64,000 bases of DNA from the human T2T-CHM13v2.0 reference genome, Homo sapiens: positions 30,240,001 through 30,304,000 of the forward strand of contig CP068257.2 of NCBI GenBank assembly GCA_009914755.4, read 5' to 3'. A program made the position numbers and the translations under genes. Positions 30,991 through 48,101 of this stretch are shown here, piece by piece; position 1 is the stretch's first letter, and the number at the start of each line of letters is the position of its first letter. The notes beneath the pieces were generated by a model. It was not told where the DNA came from. It made no database searches and saw only the letters and a list, made by a program, of their open reading frames with translations.

Positions 30991-33018
30991 CACACCATGA
31001 AATTTACAGAGAAATGGCGATTGTCCAAAGAGCTCATCAATTGCATGCTTATTGACAGCTAAACTAGTTAATTTAGGCCACTAAATGGATCTCCCAGCCA
31101 TTGGAATATTTACTAAGCTTAAGTTAATCAGACAGTTGCCTACATTTATTTATTGATTTTCTAGACCATGGAGATCCGCCCTGTGTGCTGCTTAATTATA
31201 AGCTCTCACACTATTAATCTTTTCTTTATGTAATGATAAAATGTGTTTAATATAATGAGATTAACACTACTGATCCACTTTTGAAAATGTGATCATGATC
31301 AAAGTGTCTAATTTTACTTTTTTTTTCTCGGTGCGGGAGAGAGGTGGAATTTGCAACCAATAAATCTTGATTCGATGAAAGCCACATTAAACTCTTTCTA
31401 ACATGATTTTAACATAACAAAGCTCCATTAATGTTGATGAAAGCAATGGATAACTTATGCTTGACCCAAATTCAGAGCATGGGGCCCAGTGGGATAGAAA
31501 ATCATAAACTGAGAATAATAACTCCAATCACAGCTACCCCTCCACCACAAATCAAAAAAGATATCTCAGAATTTAAAATGTATTTTCATAATGATTAGTT
31601 CTTGTAAGTGGAAAACATCCCTTTGAAGTCGATGATATTCTGCTCTCTAGAAATAATTCTTTTATTGAACTTGACTATATAAATATTCATGGTGCTGCGT
31701 GTGTATATTTCATATTGTTTCATTAGTTACTTTTTAGTCATTGGAATAGTAAAAAATGTTCGCTAGGTACTAAAAATACTGTGGAGTTGAAAATAATTTT
31801 CATTCTTGGCCACACAGATTAATTTACTCTTGCCAAAAAAAAAATTACCTTTACAGCTAGGCGGATGACTAAATGATGAATAAGAAGTCTATATTTTAAA
31901 AGAATTTTGAAAGTTAGTGTCCTGGATAGAATAGAAATGTTTGTGTTTCAGTCTTGGAATTGTCTGTGTGACTCTAGGCAAGTCCCCAAACCTCTATTAA
32001 ATAAAATTTACCCCTCCGTTAACGGAAACAAAAGTAAAACCCCCAATTGTTCCTTCAGTGATCACAGTTTCAAAAGGACTGTGCTATTTCTGCATGTTCA
32101 CAAGATGAGACCCAGAAGATTTTGGAGAAAGTAAGAGGAATGTTTTAAGTTAGTTTTTCTAAAACGTCCTCAGGTTGTATCTAATGGGATCAACAGTATT
32201 GGTTGAAAGTCATTAGTTTCTTCTTTTTGTTTTCTGATAGCTGATTTAGATGATGTTACTCTTCAGTCGTGATGCTGTTTAAGAAAACTAAACAAAATCA
32301 ACTAAAGAAATAGCCCACTTGCTGGTAGCTGTGAATTTCTCATCCAGTAGTTACAGTTACTGCAAGAGTTTAAGTACCTCTTCATGGAGGTATTTTGAGT
32401 TCCCCTTTTCCTGTAAGCTAAGCAATTAGTCTCGGTTCTCCATCTAGTATACAAATCATGGCTATTCACCACAAAAGATTGGCCTTTTATGTTCAAATAT
32501 TGAAATCCCAGGAGATTTTGACATGTATTTTGCTTCAGGAAATCTTTTTGGGTCTACTCTTCGGGCCCCTTCTGTCTCTGTTTACATGTTGCTAAACTTT
32601 AAATGGTTGAACAAATGGTAAAGAGTAGAAACTACATTTATCTGATGTTTCCTAAACTTTATGCCTCACTGAAAGCAGCTGAGAAAATGAAAATCCAAGG
32701 TGACTAATGCAAATAAAAAGATGGTGACCTCTTTTTGCAAAGATAAGCAAGAAGTAGAGATGTCTCCAAAGATGCCAGCGATAGGCTTATTTGCAGAAAA
32801 GTTAATAGCTTAAAATCGTATTTAGAAAGTCATAAGCTGGGAAAACATGTGACAGAGAGAAAAGGAACTCAAAGTATCAGGTTTGCTTGGAGATGTCTTG
32901 GGATTGTTGGCGTTTCCTTGAGTCATGTTGCTTCCTCTCCGGAGTTTCCGTGGGTCTTCCGTGTTTTAGATCTATTTCTTTTTTCCTTAGTTCTAGAATT
33001 CGTGATAAATTTTACTGG

Positions 33019-33733
<715 letters not shown>

Positions 33734-34759
33734 CTGGGAGATAGTAATTAAAATGGTTGAAAGAGCAAAATGTATTGAAAAAGAAAAAGGAGTCAAGGCC
33801 GGCATCTTATGATCTCCATGTCGTTCTTCCCACCATGTGCACACGTGTGTGCAAACCTGCGCCCACCTCCCACTGAGCTCCCTGTTATCTGCTTATGGAT
33901 TCCTGGCCCTTCCTGAGAGCCATTATCTGCTGTCAGTGGAAGCAGAGCATTCATTATTCCCAGCCAGTGCAGGGAGGCCAGGAGGATTTATGGAGTCATT
34001 GCAGGAACACAAATTCTGCTTTGTACAGACGGACACCATAAACGCACATGAATAAATCAGGGCAGAGTGGAAAAAAGACCTACTTTTCCCTTTCTCATGA
34101 ACACAGGCATGGGGGCTAGCCCCGATGTTTAGTGTGTGATTTAGTGGGGGAGGAAGGAAGCCTCGTGTTCTCATAGCATAGAGAAGCCATCTGCAGAGGT
34201 TTATTGAGGACCTCCTGTGAATGGGTCACTAGCGGGCCTGGGGCTGGGAGGAGCTGTGATAAGGATTCCTGTGTTCAGTTTAGTGTACGACTGTTATTTT
34301 AATTTTTTTTTTTTCCTGGAGCTGCTGTGTCTCTCCCTCCCCTGGGTTTTTGCACTGCTGCCCCTGCCATGCACTGGCTTGCTTTGATATTTCCCCTTAG
34401 CATCATCTGCATCTATTAGCTATATCTTAATTCCACTGTGTTGTTATTATTGTTGGCTCAGTTTTAGCTACAATTAATGGATGGTCACTATGTGCAAGCA
34501 CTTTCCATTATTTACCTTGGCCACCATTATTATCCCCGGCTTACTGATGAATAGTCGGAGGCATACCGAGGTTAAGTTTTTTGCCTAGGATTTCTCAGTG
34601 CTGGGACTCTGACCTCAGCTGGGTTCCAAAAGGCATGATTTAATTCTCATTACAAATGTGGGTGACTGGTAATCTCATATGCACTTTGCAGATGAGAAAA
34701 CAGAGCATTTCTTCCTTCCTTCATTCTCCAGATTTTGTGGTTGCCGTTGTTGTTTGTTT

Positions 34760-35048
34760 AATTGTTTTTGAGAGAGAATCTCGCTCTGTCGCCCAGGCTG
34801 GAATGCAGTGGCACGATCTCAGCTCACTGCAACCTCTGCCTCCCGGGCTCAGGCTCCTGCCTCAGCCTCCCAAGTAGCTGGGACCACAGATGTGTGCCAT
34901 CATAAATGGCTAATGTTTGTATTTTTTGTAGAGATGGAGCTTCACCATGTTGCCCAGGCTGGTCTTGAACTCCTGGGCTCAAGCGATCCGCCTACCTCAG
35001 CCTCCTAAAGTGCTGGGATTACAGGTGTAAGCCACTGCACCTGGCCCA
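34760..35048 (-). mobile_element. Full-length Alu (reverse)
   Basis: tttttgagagagaatctcgctctgtcgcccaggctggaatgcagtgg...taagccactgcacctggccc. Confidence 0.9.
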
Positions 35049-35119
35049 GACTTTGTGTTTTGAGTGCTAGGTCTCAGGCAGGCAGTCAGCTGGTCCGTGG
35101 GCTCAGAGGGTGTGTGGTT

Positions 35120-36321
<1,202 letters not shown>

Positions 36322-38449
36322 ATGGTGAGGACAGTAACTTTTATTTAGGTGTTTTTACCGCAATAAAAAAATTTTTTTTAAATGAACAAAAACTTAAGGA
36401 GTATGTGTCTCACTATGACTATTGTATAAAAGCATTTAAAGAATGAAAATTTTATTTGACCATAGGCAATTGGGCTAAACAAAAATTGATAGAATGTAAG
36501 CTAGTCAAAATAAACTTTGTTCCAAGAAAAAAAAAGTGGAGAGGGAGGTGTGGGTGGGAGTGGGGGCGTGCTGGCAGCAGATCATGAAGGACTTTCAACT
36601 TCTCATCGAGGAATCTGGACTTTATTTAGACGATGACCGTAACTGTCTTTAGAAAGAAGACTGTGGGGCCTCAGCGCGTGAAAGTGCTGAAAGCCGGGAG
36701 GGTGGGGGAGTGCTAGGGGCCTGTAAGGAGGCTGGCCAGGGCAGGGTGGTGGCCAGGAAGGAACCTTTCGGAGGAGACTTGGCAATCCATCGTAGGGGAG
36801 GGGCAAGGGGAAAGGGGATGAACCGGTCGGGCAACAGGTGGGGAGAAGGCAGGCCTCAGCGAGGAGGAACGGTTGTGAATGTGTGACTTTTGAAAGGCAG
36901 GGAGGGAGAGTGGGGTGCAGGCTGCCCACCACGTCGGGGTGTCCAGCTGGGATTCTCAGCAAGTTCCCCGTCATGGCTGGCGAGGGGTGGTTGTGCATAA
37001 CCAGCCCATTGTTTTTTGGATCCCGTGGATCTGTTTGCTTTTAGATTATGTCATTTGAGGCTTCCTCTCTGTTGTTGCGGAGTTACACTCTGGATGATTA
37101 AAGATGGGGCAGAGTTGGAAGAGACTGGGAACAGACAGGGCTACTGGGGAATGGGAGTGTCTGAGGATTTAAGACCATTGGGTGTTCAGGGTTTTTTTTG
37201 CCAATATATTTATCAGTTGTGTTTCAGGAGTTAAATATTTTGGGGCATACCAAGATGAATCACACACGGTCTCAAAAAACTTGTAAACTGGGCCCTTTTG
37301 ACACTTTTCCAAACCAAAGAGACAGGATGCTAGCATTACCTGTTTTAACAATACTCATCTCCCCTTAAGATTCCCGAGTTTTGTGCACTGTAAGTGGGCA
37401 GCACTCCGGAGGGACTGAGGGTTAATTTTATCCTTGTGGATAATAAATGCATCTTGGACAAAGGAAGAACACATATTTTAACTAAGTAGCAGCCTTCTGA
37501 TAAGAATTCCAGCAATTGCACAAGCCCCACCGTTGTCTGTACAGCCCAGCAATTCTACCTTGCTATCTCAAAATTCTCCGTTTTGCATTCCTCTCTTGCA
37601 GGAACCAGTTTCTAGTCTCTCACCAGCAGGATACGTTTCCAGGGTGATCTGCTTACTGAATTGGGGCTGGAGCCCAGGCGCAGAGGATCCCCGGGAAAGT
37701 GGCTTGAGAACTCCCCTGGGTGGGCGTGGGAGGGTTTCCCAGCCCTGCGTTGGGAGCTGCCATTGTTTTTTCCTTAGTCTTGCTTTTTGCCTTTGCCCAG
37801 CACCTGGTTCTGTTAGCATCGCCAAGATCAGTCCTAATGAGCTTTGTTGTTTAAACTGGGGAAGGAAACTTTTTCCCTCAACAAAAAGGCGAATTTTAGC
37901 TCAGCAGCAGGAGGGTGGCCAGTGGGGAGCCAGGGGTCAGAGGCAGTTGAGCCCTGCTACATAAATAGCAGCAATTAATGGGCCCCTGTAAAAGACAGGG
38001 ATGTGTGTGTTTGCTGTCTAGCATCGTTTCTCTGCAAATCGGAGCAACACTGAAATTAATTATAAAGCCAGCAAAGGCTATTTTCTGCTTTCTGTTAAAT
38101 AAGTATTGTCCACACAGGAGCACGTTCCACTCGGATGCATTTACCCACATCGTTTCTTTGGAAGATGGCGTGAAACCAATTTATTTTCAAAACTCCCCAC
38201 TGGGTCATGCTAATCACCACAGTTTTCAGCCCTTTTATGCGGAATTCAGGCTTGGGCTGGAGCCGGGAGCCGGGAGCCCTCAGGCCCTTGTCATTTCCTT
38301 CATTGCTCTGGGGGCTTTCCCTTTGCCCACCCTGCCCAAATCATTTCCTCCAGTGCTGTCAACCAGGTTTGAATTTTTATGATGAGATTTACAAAGCAAG
38401 CCATTCTGTTATTACTAATAACCATCATAAAGGTTTCATAAAGGTTCTG

Positions 38450-38806
38450 CTTTGGTTTGCTGGGGCTAGTACAGTAAATAACACAGACCTGGGGGGCCTT
38501 CAACAACAGACATTGATGTTGTCTGAGTTCTGCAGGCTGGAAACCTGAGATCAAGGGGTCAGTAGGTTTGGTTTCTCCTGAGGCCTCCTCTCCTTGGCTG
38601 ACTGAAGGCTGCCCTCCCACTGTGTCTTCGCACAGACATCCTCTGTATTCTCATCCCTGGTGTCTCTCTCTTCGTATCAAGACACCAGTCCTGTTGGATT
38701 AGGGCATCACCCTCATGTCCTCATTTAACCTTATTTCCCTGTTTAAAGGCCCTGTTTCCAAATACAGCCATCTTTCTGTATCTGCAGGGATTGGTTTCAG
38801 GATATC
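38450..38806 (+). mobile_element. Same LTR-like family, 3'-truncated by the Alu at 38809
   Basis: ttggtttgctggggctagtacagtaaataacacagacctgg...ctgcaggctggaaacctgagatcaaggggtcag...caagacaccagtcctgttggattagggcatcaccc. Confidence 0.5.
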
Positions 38807-38808
38807 CT

Positions 38809-39076
<268 letters not shown>

Positions 39077-40864
39077 AGGATCTCCTTCTGATACCAGAGT
39101 CCAAGGATGCTCAAGTTCTTGATAACAAATAGTGTCATATTTGCATATATCCTATACATATCCTCCTGTATATTTTAAATCATCCCCACCTTACTTAGAA
39201 TACCTAATGCAATGCCTACACATCACTTAATTCACGTGGATTCAACTTAGCACTTGGCATGCGGCAAATTCAAGTTTTGCCTATTGGAACTTTGTGAATT
39301 ATTTTCCCCAACATTTCTGATCTGAGGTTGGAACCCATGGAAGGTCAACTGTACAATCACATTGGGGCTGGAATTTTGGGGGAGGACACGACTTAGCCCA
39401 TAACAGATTCTGAAATAGTTAATAGATTCTTCTTCTTCCAACTGCACGTGGATTCATTCATTCAAGAAATACTCATTGAGCGCCGCCTGTGTGCGGGGGC
39501 TGTTCTGGATGTGGTAAGCATGTCAGTGAGGGACCATCTCTTCCCTTCTGGGGCTTCTAAGCGTCAGGCAGATTCCATGCTCACTCAGTTCTGTGGGACT
39601 TCAGAGGTGATAAGTGCTATGGAACAAATAGCCTCGGGGCACAGGGGTTGTGAGCTCCAGATGATGTGGTTATAAGTGGGTGAGTCAGGGAAGCTTCTCT
39701 GAGAGCTGACATTTCGTCAGGATCTTAGAGGTTGAGGGAGTGCTATGTGGCCAAGGTCCCCAGGAGGGAACACCCCTGTTTCTGCTGCTGAGGAACAACG
39801 AGGAGGCGGGTCAAGCCGAGGGAGCCGTGGGCTGCCTGATGGGAGTGGCGCAGGCATCCTCATGACGTGGATTCTTTCCTTTGGGAGCCACGGGGAGCCT
39901 GGGTGTGTTTTCATGGTCCTCACTTTTGGGTAGCCTTCCTGTCCCTCTAGATTCGCTGCTCTGGAGAAGGTGACAGCTCAGACAAGTTTGGGAGAGAGAT
40001 GGGGTGCCTACCAAGGGGACCACCCAGAATTAGACATTGGCATGTCAGGAATTTTAGGGGGGCGTGTGGGGGCTGGTGGTGAAGAATGAGGGTCCTTCTG
40101 TCATGGATCGCCTGCTGTAATGCTGCGCCTGTGAGGTCTCCCCACCACCCCTTCTCCCCATGTCCTGTCCCCAATTCTTAGTCACACTTTTAGGAAGTGA
40201 GAAACCATTTTCTGCAGCAGGAAAGGCTGGACGGCAAGCAGGGACGATAGTCCACTGCCTTGGGCTCAGCGCGGATCCTAAATTTCTGTTTCTGTTGGGA
40301 CTTTCCCAGAGCTGCTCGGTCTCCTCGTACCTACTTTCTAGCATTGGCATTTGGCGTCAGTTGTACGGCTGCTGTCTACCCCAAATTGGAATCTGGAAGA
40401 AACACCTGGGATTGGGGTTGGCCGTGGCCATGCATCTGTCCTTCCCCCACCGTTCCTCCCTCCCCATCTTCTTTCCAGGTCCATGCTGGCCCTGTTGTTA
40501 TCCAGGGCATGCTGATGGAGCTCCTTCCAGGTTCCTGACGCGGTGCTGGACACTGGACACGCCAGGTTCAGTCATTTTTGAAATGACCGAGGGTTTGGTG
40601 CCTGGAAGGGGGTTCTGAAAGTGTTCTAGGAAAAGAATGGGCCTGGCCTTGAAAAAGGGTGAGAAGGAGCCAAAAGGGCTGATCCCAGCAGGGGTCTGGA
40701 GATGGGAGAATTTCTTGTGGTGACGAAGGAAAACCTATTGTAGCCTAGTGAGTTACAGGGGAAAATAGGGTTAGGAGATTGTGAATGCCTCGGTCGGGGG
40801 AGGAGAGGGGTAGAGTTGTAATTAGGCTGGTTGGGGAAGCCTCTCTGAGAAGGGGACATTTCTC

Positions 40865-41194
<330 letters not shown>

Positions 41195-42320
41195 TGATTT
41201 AAATGATTTTAATGTTTGAAGGGAAGGCACTGGTCTGCCTACATTGTAATTGGGAAATCTGAGGGCTGAAGTCGTGGGATTTCCCAAGGCAGTAGTAGAG
41301 ATGACCAAGAACTTATACTGGCCTCCTGTAGTGCCCTGGTGGGATTTTCCACACATGCATTCATTTATTCATTGATTCCCTCTTTCCCTTGCTCCCATGA
41401 GCCCAGCACTGTCCTAGGGTGCTGGGAGGTCAGACACCATTCCTACTTTCATGGAAAGTACAGTGGAGGGTATCATAGCAGCTAAGCGTGTGTGTGATGG
41501 GTGTGACAGCTGGAGAGGCCCGGAGTGACCCCAGCCAGTCTGGATGGGGAAGCAAACTGTAACCTGAGGCCAGTGGCGGGTGGGAATTGGGGTTGACCTG
41601 GCCAAGAGTGTGTGGGAGGGAATTCCAGGCTGGGCTGGGTGGGAGTGGGAGACAGGAGGCAGAGAGATTAGCAGGGAGGCCCAACTCTGCCCGAGGGATG
41701 ATGGTGGGGCTGCAGCAGGGGAGTACAGGAAGGAAGGGGAAGGGGAGGGAAATTGTCCAAGGTGGAGGTGACAGACTCTTGGTGATGAATGAGGTGTGGG
41801 AATAGGGGCAGGGTGGCTGGAGGAGGATGTTACAGTAGGGCCACCTGTGGATGGTTACTGTAGGCTGAGCTGGGAGCCCCAGAGAGGAGTTGGGGCCGGG
41901 GGAGGTGACAGGCTCGGAGGCCCACAGATTATCCAGGTGGAGATCGCCAGAGGCACGTCAGAGCTCAGGAAGAGGTGTGAGCAGGACAGGCATTGGCACT
42001 CATGAGCAGATGGACAGTCACGAGCGTGCTGGAAGTGGAGGGGTGGACGCGTGCCTCCCCAGCAGAGGAAGGCCTGGGATAGAACCTCAGGGAGGCTACT
42101 GGGGGAGAAGCAGGAGGTGTGGGACCTGGGAGGGCAAGCAGGGTGTGAGAGGTCAGCAGGGAGAGTAGCCTCCGGGTGCCGGGGACCCTGGTGAGGTAGT
42201 CACAGGGAGTAGTGGGAGTGGCAGTCCGGGGCAGGGGCTGTCTGGGCTTCCGTGTCTACCCACTCCTCTGAACCAAACACGCAGAGCCTACTGACCACCA
42301 CTTATTGAGGACTCTGATGA

Positions 42321-42761
<441 letters not shown>

Positions 42762-42861
42762 CCCGGCCCTAGCCCGCAGTGAATGAATGCTAGCCCTTTG
42801 TTCTTACATTTTTACTCTTCTGCAGGGAATCCCGTAGAATTGTAGGATGCTCAGATGGTCT

Positions 42862-43232
42862 ATTAGCCTGCTCAGGCTGCCACAACAAAATACCATGGAG
42901 TGGGTGGCTTAAAACAACAGAAATTCATGTTTCACAGTCCTGGAGTCTGGAAGTCTGAGATCAAGGTGCCAGCGGGGTTGGTTTCTCCCAAGGCTCTCCC
43001 CTTGGCTTCTAGATGACTGCCTTCTCTCTGTGTCCTCACATGACCTTTCTGTGCAGGCTCAGAGACAGAGAGAGTTCTGGTGTCTCTTCTCCTTCTTATA
43101 AGGACATCGGTCCTACTGGATTAGAGCCCCACTCTAATGACCTCATTTAACGTTAATAACCTCTTTAAAGTCTCTCTCTTTAAATACAGTCACGTTGGGG
43201 GTTAGGGCTTCAACATACGCAATTCAGTCTAT
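42862..43232 (+). mobile_element. Same LTR-like family
   Basis: gctcaggctgccacaacaaaataccatggagtgggtggcttaaaacaacagaaattcatgtttcacagtcctggagtctggaagtctgagatcaaggtgccagc... Confidence 0.6.
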
Positions 43233-44291
43233 TGCAGATGGCAATCTTGAACCATGACAAAGAATCTGAATTATCCTCCCCTCCCCGACAAATGGTCCTA
43301 AAGATCCAGGACTCTTTTATAGTACAGGTTAATTATCTCTTATCTGCTTGGGACCAGAAGTGTTTTAGATTTGGGATTTTTTTTTTTTTTTATATTTGCT
43401 TAGTATCCAGTGGAGCACCCTTCATTCCAAATACTCCAGTGACCATTTTCTACAGGTGTCGTGTTGATGCTTAACAAGTTTCAGATTTTGGAACATGTTG
43501 GATTTTGGGTTTTCAGGTTAGAGATTAGAGATGTTCAACCTGCATACACTTATACCTAGAACCCTGGCAGGTATATTTTAGGTGTTTAATAAATGTTTGT
43601 TGAAGAAGGAAAGATTCATTTGAGTTTAGTATACAGTATTCATTAAGAAACCAAAGTGTTCTGGGAAGAAAGCTTTTTTGGGGATAATTTCCATATGAAA
43701 AGAAAACTCAGTTGATCAGGGCTTCCCATTCCCTGTGCATTTTGATTATTTAAAACATGGTGTAAAAGTGCTTTGATTAAGGAAAGGCTATGAACTTTCT
43801 AAAATACAGCACATTGTATAATGTGTAAAACACATATGTATATTTCTGCGATATTAAAGAGGAGTCTCTTTGATCAGTATTTTTTTTTTCTTCCTCTCAG
43901 TTGTACAGAAGATCCATTTTACATCTGACTTCTCATTTTGGAGATTGGATACATCAATACTTGATGTGTTTCAGAGTAATGAATTTTAAAGGCAGTGAAG
44001 GGTGATACAGGAGGAAGGGATGAATTTAAAATCCTGTTAACTCTGATCCTATGTAGACAGTCTCAGCTAAGTCAATATTTAAAGAAGATGAGAGACTCGC
44101 CTGATAGGAAGTCACTGCCTTGGGATTTAAAAGCTACTCTATTCCAGAGAGTTGAAAACCCTGAGATAGAGTTCAGCCTTCTTTTTTAATATGCTGAAGC
44201 CACCGGTCAAGGAAATGCATATTGTTTTCCTTAGCTGAACTGAGCTTGAATGCTTATTCACCCTCTCTACGGGTTGATTCATTGAAAGTAA

Positions 44292-44671
<380 letters not shown>

Positions 44672-44984
44672 CTAAGTGCTTTCTTTATGTACATTATCTT
44701 AGGGACTATTGGTAGATGGAAGTGTGTGTCATTACCGGGTGCATTACTGGGCCTGGGTGATTTTGAGCATCCCTTATTCTAAGTAAAATTCTACATTGGA
44801 TTTTTTTCTCCTAATACCTAACAAAGGCCGTCAAGCATGGATTCCTCGGCAGTCAGCAAGTGACCTCTCTCCTGATGGGTTGGGATCCACACACATGGCC
44901 TCTTCCTCCTGTCCTGTGTTGGGGAGAGCAGTGCTTCCCTTTCGTGCAGGGCAAACTCTTCCTCCTCTTCCTCTCCTTCCTTAA

Positions 44985-45296
<312 letters not shown>

Positions 45297-45524
45297 CGGG
45301 TTTCCTCTCTTTCTGTCTCTCCTGCATCTTGTATTTCGTTATCTCTGTAGCTGCTGCTAGTGATTTTTTGGCCTTGGGGGATTTCCATTGCTTTCTTATG
45401 AGCTTAGCTATTTATTTAAAAGTGGTTTGCTGATTTTATCCATCATCATTGATTGGTGGTGTTTGTTTGGCAGGGAAGGAGGAGGGTGGAGTTACCGTGT
45501 TGTGAGAAATGCTTTCTGTTTTTC

Positions 45525-45718
45525 CTTTTTCTGAGACAGGGTCTCACTCTGTCGCCCAGGCTTGCGTGCAGTGGTGAGATCATAGGTCACTACAGCCTGG
45601 AACTCCCAGACTCAAGCGATCCTCTCACCTCAGCCTCCCGAGCAGCTGGGACTACTGGCACGAGCCACCACGCCTGGTTAATTTTTGTGAGATGAGGTTT
45701 TGCCATGTTGCACAAGCT
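45525..45718 (-). mobile_element. Partial old Alu (J/monomer-like)
   Basis: ctgagacagggtctcactctgtcgcccaggcttgcgtgcagtggtgagatcataggtcactacagcctggaactcccagactcaagcgatcctctcacctcagcctcccgagcagctggg. Confidence 0.7.
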
Positions 45719-46013
45719 GCTATTTCTTAATTAATAAAAGAAGTTGATGAATAATCTCTTTCAACTGTCATATATTGGAACTGTGCTCTTCTCTTTCTAC
45801 TAATTTTCCACCACTGCAGGACTTTGCTACTAATCTTCTTGGAAATATGGGGGAAATCTTTGGAAAACTGATTCCTTTGTAAAATTTTGAAAAGGCTTGC
45901 AACTTGGATCTGTTGATGAGCCTCGGTTTTACTGATCTTTGACAGAAAGTTGTTTTTCTTGTGCTCATGATGACATCCAGGCTTAGATACCCTCCTGAAA
46001 CTCCCATTCCCAA

Positions 46014-46018
<5 letters not shown>

Positions 46019-46072
<54 letters not shown>
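46019..46072. repeat. (CA)27 microsatellite
   Basis: Perfect CA run. It produces the CVCVCV... artefact in track ORFs 45727..46239 and 45768..46106. Confidence 0.95.
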
Positions 46073-46075
<3 letters not shown>

Positions 46076-46749
46076 CTGGACTGAATTGGGAGTTCCCTGG
46101 CGGCATTGGCTGGGGGCCTCATCCTTAAGTGAATCGGGGAACCTGCAGCGTTGGTAAGAGCCATTGATTGGCGTGGTGCTATCACTCCTGTTGCCTGGAA
46201 CATGCTAAACTTGCTTATTTTACTGCCATTTGATAGCAAAGATTTAATTTCACTCTGTAAAACTCTCCCGACTCAAGTAGTTTATTTTGCAGCTAGAGAT
46301 CCATTATTGCATTAGGCTTTACCCAGTTAGAGTCAGTGTTAGCTTTGTTTTGCCTGCAAACCTCTGATTACTGTCAAATTGAATTAGATGTCTCCCTTTG
46401 CTGATCACTGATTGACTTTTCCTTAATTTCCCATTCATTTTTTTTCCCCATTTCAGTTGTTATAGATGAAGTCGATTAAATGGTTTTGTGTAATCAAGAA
46501 CGGCATTCCATTTCAGTATTATCAACTTGTAAGTATGGAGCTTGTAAGTCAGGGGGTGGATGAAAACAAGCTGGTAATGAGCTGGTATTTGAAAATTGAG
46601 AGGGAGCTTAATAGGAAACCTTCTCCAAGGTGAGGTAGCTTAAGGGCTCAGGGTTTTCATGGAGGGAACCTTGATGGCAGAACTTGGGAATCAAGGTGTC
46701 AGATGATGGTAGGGCACACACCAGGGGTGTTAGTTTCCTGCAGCTGCTG

Positions 46750-47210
46750 TAACAAATGACCACAAACTTGGTGGCTTAAAACAACAGAAAGTGATTCCCT
46801 CACAGTCTGGAGGCTGGAAGTCCAAAATCAGTCTCATTGGAGATCAAGGTGTCAGTAGGGCCACGCTTCCTCCAGAGACCTAAGGGGAGACTTGGACTTT
46901 GCTTCTTCTCCCAGCCCCTGGTGGCTGCCATGGGCATCTCCTGGGCTTGTGGCCATGTTATTCTCTTGTCTCCGTCTTCACTTTGCTTTCTTCTCTGCTT
47001 GTCCATCTGATCCCCTCCGTCTTTTAAAGACATTTTTGATGGCATTTAGGACTCACCCAGTTAATCCAGGACAGCCTCCCCATCTGAAGACCATTAACTT
47101 CATCATGTCTGCAGAGTCCCATCCCCCTAAAGATGACATTTTCAGGTTCCAGGGATTAGGATGTGGGCCTATCTTTGGGAGGCCATTTTTCGACTTACCA
47201 CACTGGGCCT
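46750..47210 (+). mobile_element. Same LTR-like family, lying just 5' of the minisatellite
   Basis: tttcctgcagctgctgtaacaaatgaccacaaacttggtggcttaaaacaacagaaagtgattccctcacagtctggaggctggaagtccaaaatcag... Confidence 0.55.
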
Positions 47211-47250
47211 GCTTCACGGAAGGCCTTGGTACGACGGCCCAAGGCCTGGG

Positions 47251-47436
47251 CTGGACTGAGTGGTATGAGGTTGAGGGGCTGGACTGAGCGGTATGAGGAG
47301 GAGGGGCTGGACTGAGCGGTATGAGGATGAGGGGCTGGACTGAGCGGTATGAGGTTGAGGGGCTGGACTGAGCGGTATGAGGAGGAGGGGCTGGAATGAG
47401 TGGTATGAGGATGAGGGGCTGGATGGGGTTTCCAGG
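47251..47436. repeat. Minisatellite: 28-bp unit (ctggactgagcggtatgaggNNgagggg) x ~6.6, organised as 2 x 84-bp higher-order repeats
   Basis: Units begin at 47251, 47279, 47307, 47335, 47363 and 47391. The variable dinucleotide cycles tt, ag, at, tt, ag, at. Confidence 0.9.
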
Positions 47437-48101
47437 GGGTATTTCCCCAGCACCATAGATCACCTCATTGCCTTGTCCTTTCACCTTCAGGAAAGGGAGG
47501 AGGATGGGCTAGAGAAAGAGCAAGAAGTGAGAGAGTGGGGAGAAATGCTTGGAAATACTGCATTTGCACAGAAGTTGGAAGGTACAGGAAGAACTGCCTA
47601 AAGAAAAGCCTAGCATGCACCCTTAAGCCTGGCATGTGGGAACCAACACCAATTGTTAGGATGACTGTAATCGTACGGCTGTGATAATGAGGTCTAGATT
47701 CATGGAAAGAGCCACCTGGGCTGTCCTTTCTGTTCAGAGTGGTCTGCAGTGTAGACACTTGCTAACCAATTGTGGAGCTTCATAGGGTCCTATTTTGACA
47801 TAGCTCATGGAGGTGCAAAACCCTGATATGGGCTGGTTCAGCCCTGGGAGTGGAGCCTGAGAGGGAGTTCGTGAAGACTCTGCTCTCCGTGGGTCTCATG
47901 GACGTGCGGGAGCAGAGGGGACGGTGGAGTCAACGAGGAATTGTCAGAGGCTCCTGAGACTACGCTGAAGGGCTAGAGTGAGGAGGAGAGAGAGGCTGCC
48001 GGTGAAAGGTGGCGTCATTCCCCACTGCCAAGGAGGGTCTCTCCATGCCTGGAAATGCGTCCCAAAGGGCATCAGATAGATTCCTTATATTTTCAGGGAA
48101 G

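Noticed and set aside
45727-46239. A 170-aa ORF (and the overlapping 45768..46106) with (CV)n / (VC)n runs.
   Set aside because: It is driven by the (CA)27 microsatellite at 46019-46072. It is a translation artefact.
47053-47484. A repetitive Pro/Leu/Ser-rich 143-aa ORF on the minus strand, and the idea that the regular 28-bp repeats could be a CRISPR array.
   Set aside because: The ORF is a translation of the 28-bp minisatellite. The repeats are contiguous with no unique spacers and sit in eukaryotic intronic DNA. Neither a protein nor a CRISPR array is supported.
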